From positions 1 to 41,751 of the forward strand of contig RGER01000001.1 of NCBI GenBank assembly GCA_009917815.1: a stretch of DNA of 41,751 nucleotides, given 5' to 3'. A program made the translations under genes and the position numbers. Position 1 is the stretch's first letter. The number at the start of each line of letters is the position of its first letter. The DNA is from Actinomycetota bacterium (GTDB lineage: Bacteria > Actinomycetota > Actinomycetes > Nanopelagicales > Nanopelagicaceae). Of this stretch, positions 35,201-41,751 are shown in pieces. A model generated the notes under the pieces. The model did no database searches. It saw nothing but the letters and a program-made list of their open reading frames with translations, and was not told the DNA's origin.

Positions 35201-35936
35201 TGATAACGAAGGTAAGAGAATTACCTTTGCAGATACCCAAGCAAGACCAGTTCCAGTTATTACTAGCCCTGAATGGTCTGGTTCAGAACACGGTGGACGG
35301 CGCTATACCGCCTTTGCAATCAATGTGGAGCGCCTCAAGCCATGGCACACACTCACAGGTCGCCAACACTTCTTTATTGATCACGATTGGATGACAGAGC
35401 TTGGCGAACAACTTCCGATCTTTCGTCCCCCGCTAAATATGCACCGAATATTTGGCTCACAAGCGGAAGGAATCGAGAAAGAAGTGACAGTTCGGTATTT
35501 AACGCCACATTCAAAGTGGTCGATTCACTCCGAATATCAAGACAATCTCTTCATGCTCTCGCTCTCCCGTGGCGGACAAGAAATATGGATGAGCGTGGAG
35601 GATGCCGAGACTATAGGTGTTGCCGATAACGAATGGATCGAGGCCTATAACCGCAACGGGGTCGTTGTAGCTCGTGCGTGCGTCTCTCATCGGATGCCCA
35701 AGGGAACAGTCTTTATGTATCACGCCAAAGATCGTGTAGTAGATGTCCCGTTAGCGGAAACTTCCGGAAAGCGGGGAGGAATTCACAATTCACTGACTCG
35801 ACTCATTCTTAAGCCGACACACCTTATCGGTGGGTATGCCCAACTTACCTTTGCTTTTAACTATCTCGGACCCACCGGGAATCAGCGTGATGAGGTCACC
35901 GTAATCCGCCGACGTTCACAAGATGTGGAGTACTAA
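32253..35936 (+). CDS. narG: respiratory nitrate reductase alpha subunit
   Basis: [30 protein letters not shown] (FS0 cluster motif) with NarG-like sequence throughout. The start is either the ATG at 32253 (possibly leaderless) or the GTG at 32229 from the ORF track. Confidence 0.97.
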   Translation: [1227 protein letters not shown]

Positions 35937-37492
35937 TGAAAGTTATGGCCCAAATGGGCATGGTCATGAATCTCGATAAATGTATCGGATGCCATACCTG
36001 CTCAGTGACGTGCAAACAAGCCTGGACGAATCGCACAGGGCTCGAATACGCGTGGTTTAACAATGTCGAGACACGTCCAGGCCAAGGGTATCCCCGTCGT
36101 TACGAAGATCAGGAGAAGGCTAAGGGTGGATGGATAAGGAATTCACGAGGTCGCCTCAAACTCAAGGGAGGAAGTAAAGCTCGTCGACTACTTTCCATTT
36201 TTTCAAATCCAAAGATGCTCAATATCAAGGATTACTACGAGCCATGGACATACGAGTACGACAATCTCATTACAGCTCCACTCGGGCAACAAACACCTGT
36301 AGCGCGTCCGAAATCTCTGCTGACAGGTAAGCCAATGAAGATTGAGTGGTCTGCAAATTGGGATGATGATTTGGGCGGTGGGCCTGCCAATATTGAAAAG
36401 GATCCCATCCTTCAGAAACTTGCTGAGGATGTCACTACTAAAGTAAAACTCGCCTTTGAACAGACGTTCATGTTCTATCTTCCGCGAATCTGCGAGCACT
36501 GTCTCAATCCCGCATGCGTAGCTGCCTGCCCGTCAGGAGCAATGTACAAGCGAGAAGAGGATGGCATCGTGCTAGTTGATCAACAGCAATGCCGCGGTTG
36601 GCGGATGTGCGTCTCCGCCTGCCCCTATAAGAAGATCTATTTCAATCATAAAACCGGGAAAGCAGAGAAATGCACGCTCTGCTACCCAAGATTAGAGCTC
36701 GGGCTTCCCACGGTCTGTTCTGAGACCTGCGTAGGACGCCTACGCTACCTAGGCCTCTTTCTCTACGATGCCGACAAGGTTGCCGAAGCAGCCGCAACAG
36801 AAGACGAAAGAGATCTATACCAAGCCCAACTCGATTTACTACTTGACCCTAACGACGAAGAAGTCTTGAAAGCCGCACGCGCTTCAGGAATTCCGGAAGA
36901 TTGGTTAATTGCGGCACAGAACTCTCCCGTCTATAAACTTGCCAAGGTTTATAAGATCGCACTTCCACTCCATCCGGAATATCGAACAATGCCGATGGTT
37001 TGGTATGTACCTCCACTCTCACCCATAGTCGATGTACTTACCGAGACCGGACATGATGGCGAGGAGGCAGGAAATCTCTTCGGAGCTATCAACGCACTCC
37101 GTATCCCGTTGGCTTACCTTGCCGAACTCTTCTCAGCTGGAGATATCGAGGTAGTTGAAAATACCTTACGCAAGCTATCCGCAATGCGCTCCTACATGCG
37201 TGATATCAACCTGGGTAGAGAGCCTCGCCCAGAAATTCCCGAGGCGGTTGGCATGGATCAGGAATCCATTTATGAAATGTATCGGCTCCTTGCTATTGCT
37301 AAATATGAGGATCGGTATGTCATTCCAGCGGCCCATGCGGAGCAAGCTAAAGACCTGGAGAACATGGGCTGTTCACTCGACGGTGTTGATCTTGGAGCCA
37401 ACTCAAGTGGACCGTTTGGTCAATCCTCTGGAAACCCCGTGCCTGTAACTATTGAGAATTTCCACATTATGAAGGATAGGCAGACTCAATGA
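35936..37492 (+). CDS. narH: respiratory nitrate reductase beta subunit
   Basis: Fe-S motifs CIGCHTCSVTCK, CEHCLNPACVAACPSGA, CRGWRMCVSACPY and CTLCYPR. 518 aa. Its ATG overlaps the narG stop. Confidence 0.97.
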   Translation: MKVMAQMGMVMNLDKCIGCHTCSVTCKQAWTNRTGLEYAWFNNVETRPGQGYPRRYEDQEKAKGGWIRNSRGRLKLKGGSKARRLLSIFSNPKMLNIKDYYEPWTYEYDNLITAPLGQQTPVARPKSLLTGKPMKIEWSANWDDDLGGGPANIEKDPILQKLAEDVTTKVKLAFEQTFMFYLPRICEHCLNPACVAACPSGAMYKREEDGIVLVDQQQCRGWRMCVSACPYKKIYFNHKTGKAEKCTLCYPRLELGLPTVCSETCVGRLRYLGLFLYDADKVAEAAATEDERDLYQAQLDLLLDPNDEEVLKAARASGIPEDWLIAAQNSPVYKLAKVYKIALPLHPEYRTMPMVWYVPPLSPIVDVLTETGHDGEEAGNLFGAINALRIPLAYLAELFSAGDIEVVENTLRKLSAMRSYMRDINLGREPRPEIPEAVGMDQESIYEMYRLLAIAKYEDRYVIPAAHAEQAKDLENMGCSLDGVDLGANSSGPFGQSSGNPVPVTIENFHIMKDRQTQ

Positions 37493-38130
37493 GTAAGGAA
37501 AAGGCGCGGGCAGTATGTGCCTTTGCGCTCATTTATCCAGAAGAGGACTTCTTCGCTAAAGCTGCCGCAATGCAAGCATTGATAAACGGCACCCCGGAGG
37601 TACTCAGTGTTCCGTTATCTGCCTTTTTTGAAGAAGTAAATGAGTTGTCTCTGTATGAACTACAACAGCACTATGTAGAGACTTTCGATATGAGAAGAAA
37701 GTGTTCATTATTCCTTACCTCATGGACACATGGTGATACCCGAAATAGAGGGATGGCACTACTTTATTTCAAGCAACTCTACCAACGTTGTGGATTGACT
37801 CTCTCCGACGAAGAGCTTCCTGATCACCTGGCCGTGGTACTCGAATTCGCAGCGCTTCAAGACCCTGTCGAGGGCGAGCTGCTTCTCGCAGAACATCACG
37901 CTGCCCTCACGCTCATATTAGATGCACTTACCAAGGCCAATTCTCCTTACCGGCATATTCTCGAGTGTGTTACCGCTACCTTGCCAATAATTACTGCGGA
38001 GATCGAAGAGCGCGCCAAGGCCTTAGCGCTCTCCGGCCCCCCAAAGGAATTCGTTGGTCTCAGTGGTGCTGTTTCAATAGCGCTCGAACCGTTCTCATCA
38101 CGAAATATCTTTGAGGGAGTGGCACAATGA
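37489..38130 (+). CDS. narJ: nitrate reductase molybdenum cofactor assembly chaperone
   Basis: Position between narH and narI, 213 aa, with NarJ-like sequence YVETFD...LPDHLAVVLEF. Confidence 0.9.
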   Translation: MSKEKARAVCAFALIYPEEDFFAKAAAMQALINGTPEVLSVPLSAFFEEVNELSLYELQQHYVETFDMRRKCSLFLTSWTHGDTRNRGMALLYFKQLYQRCGLTLSDEELPDHLAVVLEFAALQDPVEGELLLAEHHAALTLILDALTKANSPYRHILECVTATLPIITAEIEERAKALALSGPPKEFVGLSGAVSIALEPFSSRNIFEGVAQ

Positions 38131-38867
38131 GCTCGCCAAATATTTTGCTCTGGACTGTCTTGCCTTACATTGCCATTGCCGCTTTTGTGCTGGGGCTTGT
38201 GTGGCGCTTTAAGTATGACAAATTTAATTGGACAACACGATCCTCACAAATTTACGAAGGTAAGTTACTTCGAATTGCAGGTCCACTCTTTCATCTCGGA
38301 CTCTTCGCAGTGATTGGTGGCCATATAGTTGGTCTTCTTGTTCCCCAAACCTTTACCGATAAGTTAGGGCTGAGCCATCAGGCTTACCACCTTGGAGCGG
38401 TCACGATGGGCGGCGGAGCGGGCGTCGCCACTTTGCTTGGAATCTCATTACTTATTTATCGACGTCGGACAAGTGCAATGGTGTTTGCAGCGACCACTCG
38501 AAATGATAAGACGATGTACATCTTCCTCGTTGCTACTCTGTTGGCTGGCTCAAGCGCAACACTTTCGAGTGCAGGCGTCCTTGGGGAAGAGCACAACTAT
38601 CGTGAGACTGTTGGCCCTTGGGCGCGTTCAATTCTCACCTTTAGCCCCCATGGCGAGTACATGATGGCTAGCCCCCTAGCATTTCGAATCCACGCTGTAG
38701 CTGCCATGTCACTCTTTATTATCTGGCCCTTTACACGTCTGGTCCACTCTCTTAGCGCACCCGTGGGCTACCTCTTTAGGCCTTCAATTGTGTACCGCTC
38801 CCGTGACAATCAATCTACCTCGGGAAGCCGAGAGGCACGACCAGGTTGGGAGAAGGTTAAGTATTAG
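38127..38867 (+). CDS. narI: respiratory nitrate reductase gamma subunit (dihaem cytochrome b)
   Basis: 246 aa, 5 TM helices. Conserved His residues lie in FHLGLFAVIGGHIVG and RIHAV...RLVH. Confidence 0.93.
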   Translation: MSSPNILLWTVLPYIAIAAFVLGLVWRFKYDKFNWTTRSSQIYEGKLLRIAGPLFHLGLFAVIGGHIVGLLVPQTFTDKLGLSHQAYHLGAVTMGGGAGVATLLGISLLIYRRRTSAMVFAATTRNDKTMYIFLVATLLAGSSATLSSAGVLGEEHNYRETVGPWARSILTFSPHGEYMMASPLAFRIHAVAAMSLFIIWPFTRLVHSLSAPVGYLFRPSIVYRSRDNQSTSGSREARPGWEKVKY

Positions 38868-40419
38868 TATTCTGCATCGAGTCTACAAACATTTTGGCAG
38901 CTCGCAAGAGCGTCATCTCGTCAAAGTGTTTGGCTGCAAACATTGCTCCGACCGGTAAGCCATCGATCGTTCCCGCAGGTACGGAAATCGAAGGATGACC
39001 AGTGAGATCGGTAACGCAACAATTTTGATAAAAAGAAAAAGTTTCGCGTCCGATATTCTTCGAATCTCCAGACATCTCCAATGCAATGCCCGCAGGTGCC
39101 GTTGTAGGGCAGAGTAAGACGTCATAATTTTCAAAAACTTTGTTGTACGCGTCAGAGATTTGCTTCCGCAGGATATTTGCCAGGCGATAGAAATCTCCGT
39201 GCGTCTCCTTGAAGAAGATATTCCCCATAATTGCGATTAATTTCGTAAGCGGAGATGCGGCACTTCCATTACTCGAAAGTCCGCGGACGATTTCGCTCTC
39301 TACATTTCCCGTTGCGCTATATCCCTGCCCAAAGAGCGTCGATTTCAATGAGGTCAGTGAGAGCGCACCGCCTTCTAGCAAGATAGGAAGGTAAACATGT
39401 TCAGCGAACCGATGCTCTGGAATCGAAATGAGATCAACGGTTGCGCCTAAGGAAATCAATTTCTGCGCCTGCATCATGACGAGTTCGGCAGATGCAGATG
39501 AACCAGGAAATTCTGCCTCTCCCTCGCGCGTCAGTTCAAAGCCTTCACTAATCAATGCAACTCTCAAGTGAGCGAGAGGCGTGAGCTGGGTTTCACTGAG
39601 TACCTTCTTTAGCCCTTGAATCTCGTTTACGAATGGACGCTGGCGGGGATCACTCTCCTGGAATGTCACCAACGCTTGCAGAGATTGGTGAATGGTCTCA
39701 ATGTCCCGAGCGATAGGGCCGACATGATCAATCGAAGGCTCAAGTCCAAGAACTCCTGTATAGGGAATCGCTCCAAAAGTAGCCTTCAATCCGATGACTC
39801 CGCAGAGTGATGCAGGGATACGAATTGAACCCCCTTGATCCGCCCCTAATGCGAGATCTACCTCCCCAGTGGCGACCAGAACAGCGCTCCCTGAAGAGGA
39901 TCCGCCGGCGGAGTAATTCCTTCTTACTGGGTTATGCACCGGGAAGGGTTGTGAGGTGATTGAACCGCCACTGATACAGAGATCCTCGCATTGAGATTTG
40001 CCGACAATCTCAGCGCCATTTTCAAGTAGTGATGTCACCACGGTTGCGTCGCTTTCTGCAAGCCAGCCGTCGGTGATATTTGATCCCGCGCGCATGGGGA
40101 GACCAGCTACTGCAATGTTGTCTTTGACGGCCACTTTGATTCCGTCGAGAACACCTTTTGAGGTGGGAGGAATTGAACACTTCCACGTCCAGGCATGATG
40201 CGGATTCTCGATTGGTGGCATTCCAGTCTGAGCTCTCACCGGACTCGAAGTCGACGCAGCGTGCTGTAGAGAGATCTCTTCATAGGAATTGATCAGGCCG
40301 GGTAAAAGGGCAAGGACTATCTCTACTTCCTCTTCCGAAAGTGGCATTCCAAGGTCGGTACCCATCTGAAGGAGTTCTTCCTTAGAAGGCATTCCTGGAG
40401 GAGTTACAGCACTCACCAT
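38857..40419 (-). CDS. amidase (amidase-signature family)
   Basis: AS signature GGSSSGSAVLVATGEVDLALGADQGGSIRIPASLCGVIGLKATFG. 520 aa. It converges on narI and overlaps it by 11 nt. Confidence 0.85.
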   Translation of the reverse strand: MVSAVTPPGMPSKEELLQMGTDLGMPLSEEEVEIVLALLPGLINSYEEISLQHAASTSSPVRAQTGMPPIENPHHAWTWKCSIPPTSKGVLDGIKVAVKDNIAVAGLPMRAGSNITDGWLAESDATVVTSLLENGAEIVGKSQCEDLCISGGSITSQPFPVHNPVRRNYSAGGSSSGSAVLVATGEVDLALGADQGGSIRIPASLCGVIGLKATFGAIPYTGVLGLEPSIDHVGPIARDIETIHQSLQALVTFQESDPRQRPFVNEIQGLKKVLSETQLTPLAHLRVALISEGFELTREGEAEFPGSSASAELVMMQAQKLISLGATVDLISIPEHRFAEHVYLPILLEGGALSLTSLKSTLFGQGYSATGNVESEIVRGLSSNGSAASPLTKLIAIMGNIFFKETHGDFYRLANILRKQISDAYNKVFENYDVLLCPTTAPAGIALEMSGDSKNIGRETFSFYQNCCVTDLTGHPSISVPAGTIDGLPVGAMFAAKHFDEMTLLRAAKMFVDSMQNTNT

Positions 40420-40461
40420 GTCAGAATCATATCTAACAATAATCCTATTAATCTTCAGAAT

Positions 40462-41751
40462 TTACTTCTTCGTATACCCCACCGGACACTTCGGATTTAC
40501 CGCAGTGACCTTCTTTATGGTCCTACCCTTAATGCATGTAATGGTTGAACTCTTTGGAGCGGATGCATTCTTTGAAGGAGTTGCGCTCACGGGCTTTACT
40601 TGAGTTAGCTTCACTTGCAGCGTTGGTTTCGAGAAAGTAAACCCAGTTGCTTGGAAACGCACAAAGTTATCGTCCATCTTCACTGATGAAGTAGCAATCT
40701 TGGCTTGCCCGGTTTCGCTCAGCACAGAAACTGTGGCGCTGATGCTGCCTTCTCCCAATTTCCAAATACAGCGCGAATATTTCTGATCGAGAACCATTGA
40801 ATATAGACCAGTGAATTCTTTGCCGGTGGGCATGTAGTGCGGTGATGCTACTTGGTAGTTAAGAGTGCCGACCCTCGCGTCAAAGACAGGAAGTTCAGAC
40901 GCATACGTAAGAGCGTTTGAACCAACGAATCCGAGGAAGCCCTTCTGCGTACACGAACCGAGCGGACCAGTGTATACACCGCCCCATGAGGCATTGAGCA
41001 GCCATTTATCGACGAGGCCTGTCGCAATATCCAAATCTGAATCCGCCTTCACCGCCGAAGTGAATTCATTGATATTGGTAGGCCCAAGCCCTGGTCCGGC
41101 CGAATAATTGAGCGTCCACGGCAGATCAAAGATTTTGGCGACCTTTTCCCACGAAGCCCGTTCAGCCGGCACGTCATAGAAGTATTGCTTGGAGAGTTTC
41201 GGAGTGGGAACTGGGCTTCCTGAAATCGTCAACCGAAATGGTTGAGAAGCGGCTCCTGCGACGTCCTCATATTTCACATCGGGATTGAAGAGTCGTCCCG
41301 TAAGCCACCCGCTGGGCGCCACCGGGAGACGGAGGACAACTTTAAACTCATTAGTAGATGGATTGTTGTCATACTTCCAACACTTATCTGTGTAGATCGC
41401 CGAGTCGATGCAACGAGTCTCCTCCTTCGTCACGTCACCTCCACTCTTAGCTTCGGATCGGTACGTTCCAGGAGCGGCTTCGGATGCGTCTTGATAAACA
41501 GCATGAATTGTCATGCTGAGAGCATTCGGCTTCTGCAATACACCTTTCTTAATCCCTCGAATAAGTATCGGAGTCACCTCGAAGAGATTTCCATGATCGC
41601 TCTTGATACCCGCGAAAGTGAAGAGGTTGTTACGTCGAGCAGCGGCCAGTTCATACTCTGGTTTAGCTGGAAATGAGTAAAGACTCCAAGAAGGTGTGCG
41701 CTCGCCCGAACTCACGCCGCGTATCCAATCGGAAGTATCTGTTCGAGCAAA
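40462..41751 (-). CDS. secreted protein with lysine-rich two-cysteine C-terminal tag (5' end beyond window edge)
   Basis: The C-terminus STITCIKGRTIKKVTAVNPKCPVGYTKK matches the tags at 1078 and 1604. The frame stays open from the GTG at 41715 to the window end, and no signal peptide is visible, so the N-terminus probably lies outside the window. Confidence 0.8.
   Translation of the reverse strand, partial: FARTDTSDWIRGVSSGERTPSWSLYSFPAKPEYELAAARRNNLFTFAGIKSDHGNLFEVTPILIRGIKKGVLQKPNALSMTIHAVYQDASEAAPGTYRSEAKSGGDVTKEETRCIDSAIYTDKCWKYDNNPSTNEFKVVLRLPVAPSGWLTGRLFNPDVKYEDVAGAASQPFRLTISGSPVPTPKLSKQYFYDVPAERASWEKVAKIFDLPWTLNYSAGPGLGPTNINEFTSAVKADSDLDIATGLVDKWLLNASWGGVYTGPLGSCTQKGFLGFVGSNALTYASELPVFDARVGTLNYQVASPHYMPTGKEFTGLYSMVLDQKYSRCIWKLGEGSISATVSVLSETGQAKIATSSVKMDDNFVRFQATGFTFSKPTLQVKLTQVKPVSATPSKNASAPKSSTITCIKGRTIKKVTAVNPKCPVGYTKK

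Noticed and set aside
1-41751. Mobile elements, prophage remnants or defence systems (restriction-modification, toxin-antitoxin, abortive infection, CRISPR-Cas)
   Set aside because: I found no integrase, transposase or recombinase, no terminal inverted repeats, no tRNA attachment site and no nuclease, helicase or methylase clusters. Every ORF above about 100 aa has a housekeeping, envelope or respiratory assignment, or is one of the tagged secreted proteins.

Overview
This 41.7-kb window reads as core chromosome of an actinobacterium. Gene order matches the Mycobacterium tuberculosis Rv3605c-Rv3610c block (DUF3180-folK-folB-folP-folE-ftsH) and the Rv3624c-Rv3627c block (hpt-tilS-dacB-like). 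GC is moderate: hand counts of single 60-nt lines give about 45-50% in most genes and about 62-70% in one patch. I saw no rRNA, tRNA, CRISPR array, transposase, integrase or prophage genes.

Left to right, the window contains:
- two secreted proteins with an unusual C-terminal tag
- the folate/ftsH/hpt/tilS operon
- a compact PBP4-like lipoprotein and a RipA-like NlpC/P60 hydrolase
- three ABC transporter genes
- a WREIP small protein coupled to a stand-alone homocysteine methyltransferase, then a TrmH-type methyltransferase
- a self-contained haem-copper oxidase locus: ctaG, an 89-aa partner, a cupredoxin paralogue, ctaC, ctaD, ctaE and a frameshifted Sco chaperone
- an S9 peptidase, an ABM protein, a DapB-like protein and a DEAD-box helicase
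- a nitrate-respiration island: DosR-like regulator, narK, narGHJI
- an amidase and a third tagged secreted protein

The most interesting item is in the nitrate island. The second NarK-type nitrate/nitrite porter is fused in-frame, in the middle of its TM11, to a DosS/DosT-like haem-GAF histidine kinase. It lies convergent to a DosR-like response regulator. Two DosR-box-like palindromes sit in the narK/narG divergent promoter.

Other points worth a second look:
- a lysine-rich, two-cysteine C-terminal module shared by three secreted proteins
- a folP lacking about 55 N-terminal residues
- a Sco gene split at a G5/C5 run
- an unlisted 39-aa membrane ORF flanked by 13-bp and 15-bp tandem repeats
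- a CuA-degenerate cupredoxin paralogue, and a CtaD with an N-terminal two-helix extension
- a GC-rich tract spanning tilS and the 3' end of the PBP gene

Coordinates I derived by hand, rather than from the ORF track, may be off by 1-2 nt.
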